Of a stretch of 64,000 nt of DNA, positions 9,848 to 20,900 are shown one piece after another. The DNA lies in contig JAKQKX010000045.1 of the NCBI GenBank assembly GCA_029560465.1, forward strand, positions 152,260 through 216,259. The letters run 5' to 3'. This stretch comes from Candidatus Omnitrophota bacterium (lineage in GTDB: Bacteria; Omnitrophota; Gorgyraeia; Zapsychrales; JANLHA01). The translations under genes and the position numbers were made by a program. The notes under the pieces were generated by a model. It searched no databases and was not told where the DNA came from. It saw only the letters and a program-made list of their open reading frames with translations. The first letter of the stretch is position 1. Every line of letters begins with the position of its first letter.

Positions 9848-11332
9848 TTATCTTTCCATAATCCAAATCACCGGAAAAACCCGCCCCCGGCCTTTTGATG
9901 AATAATACCTCATACGGCCCGAAGCCGCAACCTCACGAAACCCCTCTTGCTTGAGAAAACGCAGCAAAGACGGGTCATACGGGTCCACAAGCAGATTATC
10001 AGGCCGGCCCCAATTATCCAAAACAACCATCATGGAGCCGTGATGGGTTCCCATCAACGCATCGCGGGCTTCCTCCTGCAACGGCCAGTGTATAATTTGC
10101 CCCCCAAAATCCTTAAATTCAATCCCGGTATAATACCGCACCAAATCCGGCGAGCTGGCGACAATAAGGGTGTCTGGGGTCGCGGCCTTTTTTATCTCCT
10201 GCGCCGCAGCCTGAAACCCGACATAAAAATGGGTCTCCTCCTCCAACATAGATGCCAGTTCAGGATAAGCGAAAACAGCAAAAGCGCAAACATATAAAAC
10301 AACCATCACATTGGCCAGCCGCTTTCCTTCCTGGGAACGGAAAATGCTTCGCGCGCCTTGGTACATCCCGAAAGACAATAAAATGAGAAGCGCGGGAAGA
10401 TAAACCATGCTATACCGGCTGGTTTTCTCGGCGGCCAAGGAAAAAATGGCGGCGAAAACAAGAACCCACAGAACCAAAAGCAAACAAGCCCTCCTGTCCT
10501 TTTTCCATGAAAAAAAAACGCCGGCAGCGCAGAAGAACAAGGCAAAAGGGAAATCCAACAACAGCGGGAGGTCCAGCCCATAGAACCAGGCCGAAGAATT
10601 CCCGGATGTATTAATAACAACCGCAGACACGTTCCCCCAGGCCCGCCCTAATTGAATATAATTATTGATAAGCAGCCCCATCACAACGGCGAGAATGATT
10701 CCAAGGGGGAGGAAAACTTTTTGAAGCCGCTGTTTGATTCCCAACGCATCAAAACCCGCCAGGTAAAAAATAAAGATAACCGGGATAACCAACAACGCCG
10801 ACCACTTCAGGAGAATAGCCACGCACCCGGCGAGCCCGACCCTAAACCCGGAACAGGGGTCCGCCGACCGGCTCGCCCGGATAAGTTCGAAAGCCAGCCA
10901 CATCATAACGGTCATCAGCAACCCATCAATGAGAATTTTTGGTGAAAACTTAACATAAACACTATTGGTGGCCAGCAGGACCGCGCTTAAGAATCCCACG
11001 ACGGCATTAAACAGTTTCTTCCCAAGAGCATAAATCATCCCGATTCCGGACAAACTGATCAGGACGGCCATCAAACGGCAGCCAGCGAGCGACCGCCCGA
11101 AAACAGCCAAAAAAACTGAAAATAACGGCGGATGGGTGTTTATGATTCCCCTCGAAAAAAGGATGGAAGGGTTTTCCGCAATACGCTGCGCGTACCAGGC
11201 GTACTCGGCTTCGTCGGCCCACAAGCGTTCCGCGAATCCGTACCTCATCCTTAACTGCAGCGACATCAATAAAATCCCGGCCAGCAAAAAAAGCAGGACC
11301 GACTCCCTGAACGCAACATTGAATAATTTCAT
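9848..11332 (-). CDS. GT-C fold glycosyltransferase (ArnT/PMT_2, GT39/GT83-like)
   Basis: LWADEAEY...HPPLF...R...LLKW...RY motifs in a multi-TM protein. Confidence 0.85.
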   Translation of the reverse strand: MKLFNVAFRESVLLFLLAGILLMSLQLRMRYGFAERLWADEAEYAWYAQRIAENPSILFSRGIINTHPPLFSVFLAVFGRSLAGCRLMAVLISLSGIGMIYALGKKLFNAVVGFLSAVLLATNSVYVKFSPKILIDGLLMTVMMWLAFELIRASRSADPCSGFRVGLAGCVAILLKWSALLVIPVIFIFYLAGFDALGIKQRLQKVFLPLGIILAVVMGLLINNYIQLGRAWGNVSAVVINTSGNSSAWFYGLDLPLLLDFPFALFFCAAGVFFSWKKDRRACLLLVLWVLVFAAIFSLAAEKTSRYSMVYLPALLILLSFGMYQGARSIFRSQEGKRLANVMVVLYVCAFAVFAYPELASMLEEETHFYVGFQAAAQEIKKAATPDTLIVASSPDLVRYYTGIEFKDFGGQIIHWPLQEEARDALMGTHHGSMMVVLDNWGRPDNLLVDPYDPSLLRFLKQEGFREVAASGRMRYYSSKGRGRVFPVIWIMER

Positions 11333-11359
11333 CGCTCCGGCACTCCCCGGCTCAGCGGC

Positions 11360-11635
11360 TCATTCTTCCATATAACCAAGACATTCGCATTGCGGGCCAG
11401 ACAGGATATTCCACTGAAATGAATACCCCGGGAACCCATCTTCCTTGCACTTCGCCTGGCATTGATTGGCCCGCGCCTCGGACTCGGTATTTTTTTTATA
11501 AGCGAAATGCAACAAATACAGGGTGACAGGCACGATAATAACAACCATAAGGACCGTCCGGACCGATGCCGCCTGAAATTTTTTCTGCATATGCGCCTCC
11601 CTTTCCTGTTTTTTAAAATCATCAACCGTGAACAT
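11360..11635 (-). CDS. Small single-TM protein with four Cys
   Basis: SD GGGAAGGG; one TM; CQAKC...CEC. Confidence 0.6.
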   Translation of the reverse strand: MFTVDDFKKQEREAHMQKKFQAASVRTVLMVVIIVPVTLYLLHFAYKKNTESEARANQCQAKCKEDGFPGYSFQWNILSGPQCECLGYMEE

Positions 11636-11993
11636 CCCTTCCCAAGGATAATTTTTCCCGGCTAACCCTCTTATTGTACCAACTCCTTCATGATATACAA
11701 CAGGATATCAAAAAACAAAATCCCCCTTGTGCCCCGCCTTGGATGATATAAATAATGCGGGATCAGGATCATCGTTAAAATAACGCTTTTATTCAAACTA
11801 TTTGTACTATCATTCCTTTAATTTTACTATGGCGGGCTCACGGGGACCAAGCGAAAAACGGTCTGAAAATGAAAAGCAACCGCTGATGAACGCCTGATGA
11901 AACCGGGCAACACTAAGCACCGGGAGCCGGCGGCTCCCGGTGGATATGAGCCGGCGCTGAAAGCTAAGGATATACGGAGCGGCTGAAGAAGAA

Positions 11994-12440
11994 CTAATCT
12001 TTTTGTTTCTTTTCTATCTGAATGTCCTTGGGGAAAGGATGCCCTTGCCCCTGCTCGCAAAATTCCTTAAGACTCAGCAGATAAAGCGCCCATTTTGTAT
12101 TACATTGCGCAAAAAAACCCGTTTGTTCTTCCCATCCCGACTGAGCGAAGAACAAATCCGTCCCCCCATCCAGGTCTTCCATCTCAAAGGTTAGAATGGT
12201 GTCTTTCCAGGCATCCACGCCGTCCACGCATTTCCACTTGATAAATTCATCCGGGATAAGCTCCAAGACTTCCATAACCGGGCCCTGATCCGGGAAACGG
12301 AATGTCAATTGTTTCCCTTCCTGGCTCACGCCGTCAACATGGTTCGTCCACCACCCCTTTAAGCCATCAACTGTAGAAACGGCCTGGAACACTTTCGCCC
12401 CCGGAGCATTAATGTTAAGCCTATGAACAATGTCTGTCAT
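11994..12440 (-). CDS. SRPBCC/AHSA1-like START domain protein
   Basis: MTDIVHRLNINAP...VFQAVSTVDGLKGWW...W...T.LTF...CNTKWALYLLSLKEFCEQG; start reassigned to ATG 12440. Confidence 0.88.
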   Translation of the reverse strand: MTDIVHRLNINAPGAKVFQAVSTVDGLKGWWTNHVDGVSQEGKQLTFRFPDQGPVMEVLELIPDEFIKWKCVDGVDAWKDTILTFEMEDLDGGTDLFFAQSGWEEQTGFFAQCNTKWALYLLSLKEFCEQGQGHPFPKDIQIEKKQKD

Positions 12441-12839
12441 GCCACTGCCTTTCTTTGAACGATTTTCAACCAATGCGCCTCTTTCATGAAGCGCAATTCC
12501 CTCTCTTACCTTAATAAGATTATCACTCAAACCCTCTGGGCGCGCTTCCGCCCCCCTATAACCCGCCCTCTCCTTTTAACGCCATAATTTAATCAAGCAA
12601 GTGTATCACAGAGTTGTCTCATTTTGAATCAGTATTTTCCAGAATCAGGGAAATGCTCTTTTAAATCACGGTTCTGGGCCCCCGGCTCCATATCCCCCCA
12701 GGTAATAAGCATAACATATAGCACCCTTAACCCCCAATGGCCTCTTTTAAAAAATATTTAACCTGAAAATTATTGCCGAAACTCCCCGGGAAACTTATAA
12801 TAAAAAATTATATAATTTTATCTTATTTTAAATCTTTAT

Positions 12840-14414
12840 ATGCAAATAAAAATAAAACATCTGAATTCCCCGCTGCCCTTTTCAGCAGAAATATTCAAAG
12901 AGTTCCTATTCCCTCTTATCCTGGCCGCTTTAATGCTGTTTCACGGCCTGTCCCTCATAAGCAAAGGCCCCTACCATGTAGACTGTCTCGGGTTAACCGT
13001 GGCCGCCGAAAAATCGCTGGAGACCCACAAACTTCATTTTAACGCCGGACACGGATATCCGCTCATACTGTTCCTCAGCATAATTTTTATCAGCATAGCC
13101 AACGTTTTTAATGTCGCGGATCCGGTTACCGCTGTTAACTTTATGAACGTCTTTTTCAGCTCAATCAGCGTCATTCCCTTCTTCTTCTTCCTTAAAAACT
13201 TGTTTAACGCCAAGACCGCTATCCTGGCATCCCTGTTGTTATGCATTAACCCGCTCTTCCTATCCACGTCTATTTACGGCAACAGCCATTCTCCTTTTTT
13301 ATTTTTCATGTTCGCCTCCCTTGGGCTGCTCACGATTTTCTTCAAATCCCATTCGACGAAGCACCTGGCCTTAAGCGCCCTCTTTTTCGGCTTATCCGGG
13401 GCCGCCCGAATCCAGGACATGGCCGCCATGATTATCCCGATGAGCTTTCTTTATGTCCTTCTGGCCCACCATTCGCCGATGAGCGTCCCGCGCAAGAAAA
13501 CGACATTTTTCTCGAAGCGCTTTCTTCTGGCTGTCCTCCTGGCCCTGCTCACCCTAACGCTCTTTTATGCCGCGGTCTTCACGAGCCGAGGGGTGAATTA
13601 TTTTAATAAAGGGTTCTTTCAATACCGCCTGCTGGACCCTTTCGCAGGATTGATCTCTGAATATCTAAAAATAAGTTTCGATTATCTTATTTCCAATTTC
13701 TCCTACTTGGGCCTCCTGGTTGTTATCGGGGGATTGATTATCCTGGCTTTTGAAAGCCGGCAAAAATTCTGGTTCCTGCTGCTCTGGTTTACAATCCCCT
13801 TCTTAGCTTTCGGCAATTCATTCTTCATTACCCCCCGCTTTCTCTTAACGAGCTTTGTCGCCCTTGTCATCAGCCAGGGATATCTGTTTTCAAAACTAAT
13901 CTCGAACCGCTCAAAACCCGTTGATATCTGCGGGAAAGTCCTGTTCATTCTCGTAGTCATATTGTCTTATCACAATATTTATCCGACGCTGTCTTTCCGG
14001 CACCGCCATGACCTTCTGCCGGAATACGGCCGTTGGATAGCCCGCGTCACGGAGCCAAACGCCAAAATCATCGTGGGCGACGAAAGGGCGTTCATTCAAT
14101 ACTACGGGAACAGGGAGACCATCCATCAAATTGTCACCGACACGACATATTACCAACAACAGGAATCTTTACGGGAAGAACTGCGGGCTTATAAAAAAAA
14201 CCTGGACGCCCTGCTGGACAGCGGGGTCCCGGTCTATATCACGGAAAACGGCCTCTTAAGCAACAATGTCGGGCTCTTTTATTTCTTTATCACGAAATAC
14301 TATAATCTGAGGTACCAGGGGGAAGCGCCCTTCGAAGTATGGCATCGTCGGTGCCTCAAACATCTGGTCATCCGGATCAAACTCTACCGTCTCACCCCAA
14401 AACCGACCTCATAA
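12840..14414 (+). CDS. GT-C fold membrane glycosyltransferase (DUF2723/PMT-like)
   Basis: Multi-TM; HGYPL...AVNFMN...RF motifs; soluble C-terminal domain. Confidence 0.75.
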   Translation: MQIKIKHLNSPLPFSAEIFKEFLFPLILAALMLFHGLSLISKGPYHVDCLGLTVAAEKSLETHKLHFNAGHGYPLILFLSIIFISIANVFNVADPVTAVNFMNVFFSSISVIPFFFFLKNLFNAKTAILASLLLCINPLFLSTSIYGNSHSPFLFFMFASLGLLTIFFKSHSTKHLALSALFFGLSGAARIQDMAAMIIPMSFLYVLLAHHSPMSVPRKKTTFFSKRFLLAVLLALLTLTLFYAAVFTSRGVNYFNKGFFQYRLLDPFAGLISEYLKISFDYLISNFSYLGLLVVIGGLIILAFESRQKFWFLLLWFTIPFLAFGNSFFITPRFLLTSFVALVISQGYLFSKLISNRSKPVDICGKVLFILVVILSYHNIYPTLSFRHRHDLLPEYGRWIARVTEPNAKIIVGDERAFIQYYGNRETIHQIVTDTTYYQQQESLREELRAYKKNLDALLDSGVPVYITENGLLSNNVGLFYFFITKYYNLRYQGEAPFEVWHRRCLKHLVIRIKLYRLTPKPTS

Positions 14415-14470
14415 CCCCACCCGGACGTACGGCCCTGGCCTCTCACTAATAAAAAAGCATCCCTATCCTA

Positions 14471-16102
14471 TTAATGGGCCAAATTGAACAACCTCAGAAT
14501 GCCGCGGACCCGGCCATCCCCGGCGTACTGCATATAAACGGCATACCCGTTCTCCAGCTGGGGATGCATGCCTTCCAAGGCGACACAATATTCGTTTAAA
14601 AATAACGGGAATGTCAAAAGAAGCGTTATGATGGCCAAAATATAAGGTGCGGCTCGTTTTTCATGGACGACGGTTTGAACGGTTGAAGCGCAAAAAATCA
14701 TAATCAACGCTAATGCCGGCAGGCTTCCCCTCATCACCAAATCATTCCAGTTGCCGCCGTGAAAAGCCGAAATAACGAAAATCGACAAGAACGAAAACCC
14801 GATAATGGGCGGGAAACTTCGTCGGATCATATAATAAGCAACGCCGAGCATAAAGGCCGGGTAAAACTCAATAAAATGGAAAAGGAAGAAATCATAAAGT
14901 TTCGCCCGCGTCAATAATATATCAAACCCCTCCGCTTCAACCTTTGTGCTGTAAAACAGAAAAATGGCCGCGGTGACAAAAAGCCCGGAAAGGATATTCA
15001 TCGAGTTCGCAGAAAAGAACTCCCCCGCCTGTTTGAAGGATAACGACCGGCGCACCCCGATAAGCCGGGACACACAAAAATAAGCCAAAAACGGGATGCT
15101 CCCGACCCAGGCCAGGCTGGCTCCTGAAAGCAAAAAAACGGTCCATAAACAAAACGGGAACAGGGAAAAATTCTTCCTGAACAGCGCGAGGAAAACAACC
15201 CCCAAAAAAGTGACAACAAGTTGATGCGGGACCCACGACCAGGCGCTGATAAAAGAGCTGATCTGCGCGTTATATTGTGCCGCCCCCCATTCCGCGTGGC
15301 CGACAAGCCAGGTCCTTTTGGCAATCCAGATAAACCAATAATCCATTCCGGCAAAAAACACAAGGGCGGGATAAAAAAGGCCCCAAGGCCCATTATCGGC
15401 GGGCCGAAAAAGCTCCCGGCACACGACCGGCAACAAAAGGAATATAATCGCGACCCCCAGCAGGTTCCATATCAAAAACGAAGTCGATAAAAATCCCCAA
15501 ATGGACGGCGCCGGCAAAGAAGAAACGAGCCCCCCCAACAATTTGCACACATAAACCCCGGGCAGGTACATCGCGTAATAATAAACCAACCGCGTGCCCG
15601 GGACGACCTGCCCGGAACAGTCAAAGCCCGTGCACAACAGCGGGTCCCAGGGGCAATCATACAAACTCATCAGGACGCTGCGGTGTTTATGCCAATCCCC
15701 CACAACGCTGAGGTCAAAAAATACCGCCCCGTGGTTCAAGGCCAACAACGCGATGCTCATGAGAAACCAATCCAGCCTCAATTTATATTCATGGCCCGGG
15801 CGCAGCAACGTTTCGCTCTTCACGATTCTTCTGACAGCGTTAAAAAAGCCATACACTATTAAAAGGCACAGCACGGCGCGTTGAAGCAGGGACAACGGCA
15901 AGGAAAAACAGAACAGCGCCGACGGGATCGTCAAGTACGCCAGGCCCGCGCAGAGGATTTTCCTTATCTGGTCAACCCCCACGGCACATTCACGCTTCAA
16001 TCCGCATAATAAAGACAGAAGGACTCCGAGAAAAATGCCCCGGAACATCTGGAAACTAACGAAAAATCGGATCATGGCAATGGTGTCATTTGTTCGGTTC
16101 AA
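14471..16102 (-). CDS. Polytopic membrane protein, GT-C-like
   Basis: Many TM segments; DWHKH, YYYAMYLP, WVPHQ, NDLVMRGSLP motifs. Confidence 0.65.
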   Translation of the reverse strand: MNRTNDTIAMIRFFVSFQMFRGIFLGVLLSLLCGLKRECAVGVDQIRKILCAGLAYLTIPSALFCFSLPLSLLQRAVLCLLIVYGFFNAVRRIVKSETLLRPGHEYKLRLDWFLMSIALLALNHGAVFFDLSVVGDWHKHRSVLMSLYDCPWDPLLCTGFDCSGQVVPGTRLVYYYAMYLPGVYVCKLLGGLVSSLPAPSIWGFLSTSFLIWNLLGVAIIFLLLPVVCRELFRPADNGPWGLFYPALVFFAGMDYWFIWIAKRTWLVGHAEWGAAQYNAQISSFISAWSWVPHQLVVTFLGVVFLALFRKNFSLFPFCLWTVFLLSGASLAWVGSIPFLAYFCVSRLIGVRRSLSFKQAGEFFSANSMNILSGLFVTAAIFLFYSTKVEAEGFDILLTRAKLYDFFLFHFIEFYPAFMLGVAYYMIRRSFPPIIGFSFLSIFVISAFHGGNWNDLVMRGSLPALALIMIFCASTVQTVVHEKRAAPYILAIITLLLTFPLFLNEYCVALEGMHPQLENGYAVYMQYAGDGRVRGILRLFNLAH

Positions 16103-17832
16103 TCAACGGACCTTATATTCTTAGCCGGGACATAAACCGCCCGGAGAAATTGTGCCTCCTGCTCATTAAAAGAAAACTTAACCACCGAAAAATCCGTGTT
16201 CCCTCCCGGAACCATATCGGTCACGCTCAGCGGCGGCCTCTCTGCGTCAAGATAAACCAAGGTCGGATAGTCGGCGATTTCCGCATCAAGGATAGTGTCC
16301 TGCCCCCATAAGAATTCGGATTTGGGATAGAAATACCTGTAAGAATCATAAAGGTTCGCATATTCAACATGCTCCGAAGCGACGATAATCCTTAACCGGC
16401 CGTTGGGGTCAATCCCGTATTCATCAACGACATCGAGCGTATTATAAATAACCTCATCCCTGATTCCGCTCCTGTACAGTTTCAGGCTTTCATGCAAATT
16501 TCCCCCGGGGATCAAGATTCCAAAACACAGAACCAGCAAAAGGATCTTGGAGGATATGGCCCTCCGGCTCACCAGCCACGGCTCGATTGTGAAAGCCAAC
16601 GTTATCAAGACAGGCGGAATAATGACCAAAGCCCTGTGCAGGCTGTACGGAGGAGCCGGGCTCGCGAACCCGCCAAGCTGTGTCGCCATAAAAACCGTCA
16701 CCACCGCCCAAAGGGATATCCAGAAATCCCGGGGATGAAACATTTTCATCAAAGATACCATAATATAGACGACGACCGGCAAGGGAAGAAACGCCTGGCA
16801 GGAAGGGATAAAAAGGGCTCTTAAAGTGCCGAACAGGTACGGCCACCGCGAATAACCAGGAGCCCAGACTCCGCTTTGACGGAAAAACATATCCGTCCGG
16901 GTGAAAAAAGATGCCGCGCCAAAAACGGTTATAAAGACCACCACGCTTATCCATAGCATCACAGGATAAACGCTGTTCAACCGCTGTTCCTGTTTGATGC
17001 GCAACCCGATCAGCACAATCAGCAACACCCAGGGGGCAAGCCCCGGAGTATACGATGTCGCCAACAATGCTCCGATATAGGCTAAGCTAACCGCCCGTAA
17101 TGGTGTTATGCCCTTCAGGCACAACAGAAACCACCCCGCCGCCTGGAGCGTAAAAGATACCGGCAAGAGCGACTGTTCACAGGAAACCATGACATTAACA
17201 ACGAAGGGGAAGCACAAGAGCGACAGCGCCATCAGAGGCGCGAGAAGCGTCCTCCCTGTTTTATGTTCCTCAAAAGACCTGCTCAACCCGCAATAAAACA
17301 GCATCATCCCGAGCAAGAAAGCCGCCGCGAACCCCGAACGGAGTGCCACAAGATTTCTGCCGAGAAACAAAGACGGCAGCGCGAGAAGAAGGTACTGTCG
17401 GGCGGGATATCCCAAAAAACCTGTTTTCGTGTAATTCAAGTCATGAAATTTAAAAAAGGCGCAGCCGTCCGCCACTTGTTGCGTGCCTTCATGGTTAATG
17501 GACAATCCTCTGGAAGCCGCGATATTAAAAGCGGCCCAGGCAACAAGGAAAAAGACTAATATCCCGCGGAAGTTCTTTCCCAACACATCTTGCCGGAGGG
17601 TTTTATAAATGACATATAAACTGCTGATAAGATAAACACCGCTGTGCACCAGCCAGCACCGGGCAGCCACAAAGGATAAAACACCTGGCCGTAGATAAGC
17701 GCATATCTCAAGCACGGTCAACATCAGGGAGATAAAAAACACACTTGGAAAACTTTTCCTGAAATTATGACTATCGGCAGGCATATGGATATTTCGAATT
17801 TTAGTTAATGGCGGCAGATCATACAACCTCAC
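16099..17832 (-). CDS. Polytopic membrane protein, GT-C-like
   Basis: Many TM segments; FLGYPARQY loop; start may be ATG 17784. Confidence 0.6.
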   Translation of the reverse strand: MRLYDLPPLTKIRNIHMPADSHNFRKSFPSVFFISLMLTVLEICAYLRPGVLSFVAARCWLVHSGVYLISSLYVIYKTLRQDVLGKNFRGILVFFLVAWAAFNIAASRGLSINHEGTQQVADGCAFFKFHDLNYTKTGFLGYPARQYLLLALPSLFLGRNLVALRSGFAAAFLLGMMLFYCGLSRSFEEHKTGRTLLAPLMALSLLCFPFVVNVMVSCEQSLLPVSFTLQAAGWFLLCLKGITPLRAVSLAYIGALLATSYTPGLAPWVLLIVLIGLRIKQEQRLNSVYPVMLWISVVVFITVFGAASFFTRTDMFFRQSGVWAPGYSRWPYLFGTLRALFIPSCQAFLPLPVVVYIMVSLMKMFHPRDFWISLWAVVTVFMATQLGGFASPAPPYSLHRALVIIPPVLITLAFTIEPWLVSRRAISSKILLLVLCFGILIPGGNLHESLKLYRSGIRDEVIYNTLDVVDEYGIDPNGRLRIIVASEHVEYANLYDSYRYFYPKSEFLWGQDTILDAEIADYPTLVYLDAERPPLSVTDMVPGGNTDFSVVKFSFNEQEAQFLRAVYVPAKNIRSVD

Positions 17833-17944
17833 GCAGCCCGGGTTTTGACGTTCCTATACGGCTTCTTGCTTCCCCGTCAGGGAGATGCCTTTTTAATACT
17901 GAATTATAACATATTAACGCGGAATCGCGCCGCGTGACGCATCT

Positions 17945-20900
17945 TCATTCATTCTGGAAATGAATAACAGTCCGCACAGGCTGCATCCGCAGCTCTCCAT
18001 CCACTATGAACTCCTCGATTTCATGCGTTGCCCGGTTCACCGTGACCGTGGCCTTGCCGTGATTCCGCAGGGCTTCTTCCACCAAATCCACGTCATGATA
18101 AAATTCCGGGAGGTTCCGGAATGACGCTTCAGGCATCTTGCTTTTCAAACGGTCTTTATTGCCGACGCCGCGCAAAATAATTTTACCGCCGGCTTCCGTT
18201 TGTTTAAAATCGTATATACCCAGCAAATCCTCCAGGAGGTCCTTTTGCGTCACAGCAAAAGGCTGGCCGCCCAGCAAAGCCATGGCCGGGGAATATTTTC
18301 CGAATTCCTGAAAAGGCACTTCGCTGGAAAACGTCTGTCCATCCTGGGTCACGTCCACTTTAATCTGGTCGCCTTCACGGGTCATGCGCTCCTCATCAAT
18401 GCTAGGAATCGGGAACTCCCAGGCTTCAATATTGGAAACACTCCCGTCACGGGTCACAATGGCCGTCCCGGACGTCCTGCCTTGAAGGTCCATCCGCTCG
18501 AATCCCCGTTCCCCCTGGGCCAGCACAATATCCTGCTCAAACGTCGGGCGTTCAACGGCATTCTCCGGCCCGGCCACGATCTTTAACGCGATCCGAATTT
18601 TCGCTTTCCGCCCGTTGGGAATCAAGGCGTTTTTTATCTCTCGAAGCGTGTCTGTTGCGTCTTCCCCCTCCAAAGGCGGGGCTTTAAAGCGCGGCCTCCG
18701 GATCCCTTTCAGGAAAGTCATCCAGTCCGATTCATTGTCTTCCCGGGATAAAGATTTCCCCGAGACCATGGTGAACGTCACGACATTGGTCGACATCGTT
18801 GTGGCGATATGGCAACTATACAATATCCGACCGTTGTAATCATCAATCGAAATCAAGGCCGGATACCCCCCGATGGACGTCCTTTGCCATTTTGACCCGG
18901 GGGATGGTTTTGAGTTTTCTTTATTTTGTTCAATATTGAACTTATCGGCATCCGCAAAATATCCGACGGTCATTGAATAGAAAAAATCAAACAACGGCTG
19001 ATCAGCATAAAACAAAGAAATGGGGTCCTGCATGTCTTTTGAAACTTTCTTTATGTCCTTAGGCTCACCCCACAAAGACCAGGAGTCCCCCGAGGCCGGG
19101 ACATAGCCGTCCGGGACAATAAATTCAAGATTGATGGGGACTAACTGTCCTGTCGTCGCCTCGCTAAAAGAAACCCGCCGCCAACCGGCCGGATCTTCGG
19201 CAGAAGAAACCTGCCCTCTGGGCAAGATGGCTGTTTGAACCTTAGCGTTATTTGCCCGAGGCTTAAAACTTTCTTGCGCCGCCGGGGCTTGTGTCACGCG
19301 CATTTTGCCGGACTCCATCTTTAATTGTTTAAGTAAAGACGGATCAAGCGCGGCGTTAAGGCCCATTAAGCTCTGGATGTCCGCCTCGCATTCCTCAAAC
19401 CGGCTCCCTTTCAGATTGATTTCCAGCCTCAACCGATACGCCTCGACGAAATCCGGATTAAGTTCTATGGCTTTTGAAAGGTCGGCCAAAGGCTGTGCCA
19501 TGTCCTCCATGGCGTAAAAAACCAAAGCGCGCTGATAATACGCTTCGGCAAGCCCGCTGTCAGAGGCGATGGCCTGATCCAAAAGAGAAATCGCCTGGGC
19601 ATATTGCTGGGCAGCGTAAGCCATCTTGCCCAACCCCAAATATCGTAACGGGGATTGAGCATCCAGATGGCCGACTCTTTCATAATCTTCCCGGGCCGCG
19701 CTTTCCTGATTAAGCGCCAAATAAACATCGCCGCGTTTATAATAAAATAACGGGGAGTCGAAAACAACCTCATCCTTGGCGCGAATACCCTTAACCGTTA
19801 ACGGCGGGACGGGCCTGGCCCAGGAACCTTGCGGCAGGACCTCGCTGACCGTCATCTCGCCCTTATACTCCTCGCCTCTGTAAATCTTCAACACATCACC
19901 TGGCTTGAGCCCCCAATCCTGGCCGGCACTCACTTTCACGGCTTCCTTCTTCTTGTCCACCGACAAGACTCGCGGGAATTCCGGCACGCCTGTTTTTTCA
20001 AAATTTTGCTCCAGGCCCCACAAAGGAAAAACCTCTTGAGAAAAAGCGGCTATTTCGTCCTTTTTCCATAACAAAATCACCGTGATGGCTACGCACGCCG
20101 CCAAAAAGAGGATGCCTGCGGCCGTAAAAATCCTTTTGATATTCGGCGTTATCCCGGGAATGCCTTCCATCGGGAGAGGACCGGTGCCGGCGGCCGGGCT
20201 GTCCGGTTGCGGCCGCTTAAAAAAGAAATCACGGACAGGAACGCTTAAAAAAAGCCCCAGGAACCCGCCGGCCAGCAGCATCAATATCATCGCCGGGAAA
20301 TAGTATTGCCAGGTGGCAAAAGAAAAGTATTTCAAATTCTGGGAATAGCCAGAAAACAACAGGCCCAAAAAATATAAAATGACAATAACATAAGCCCAAC
20401 GCTTGCGCCGGGAGAGCCCTCTTGCCAAAAGCCAGAAAAGAACGGAGAAGCCCCCCAATATTCCCCCAACGAGAAAGATCTGCCCAAAAAGCACGGGGAC
20501 ACCCAGAATCTTGTAAAGAATTAACATCCCTGTCATGAAAAGTCCGACAATGCCTATCAGCGCAACAACCCAATAACAGAAAAATATTATGTAGCCAACG
20601 ATAAACCGCGGCCACGGCCTGTCAGGGAAAAACTTAAGCCGAAAGGCAGGATGCCAGGGCAAAAAAATAAAACCCACGGCAATCAGGAATAAGACGGGAA
20701 ACCATTGTAAATACACGTCCGGCCGGGAGCCCAGATCTTCCGTGTCACCCAGGACAGAAGTCAAAAGCACCCAGAAAAGGGTATAAAAATAAAACCCCCA
20801 CCTTTTCGCTTTCCAGAACCCCGCATGCGCGCATAAATTCATCATGATAAAAACCATTCCCCGGGCAAGCAACTGCGCCCGCATGTCGGGCCGGGTGAAA

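Noticed and set aside
11880-11945. Hammerhead, HDV-like ribozyme or fluoride riboswitch (CTGATGA...GAAAC, GGGCAACA)
   Set aside because: No stem II or GUH cleavage site, no HDV P1/P3, and no fluoride 5' GGCGATGG element; kept only as an unknown RNA candidate
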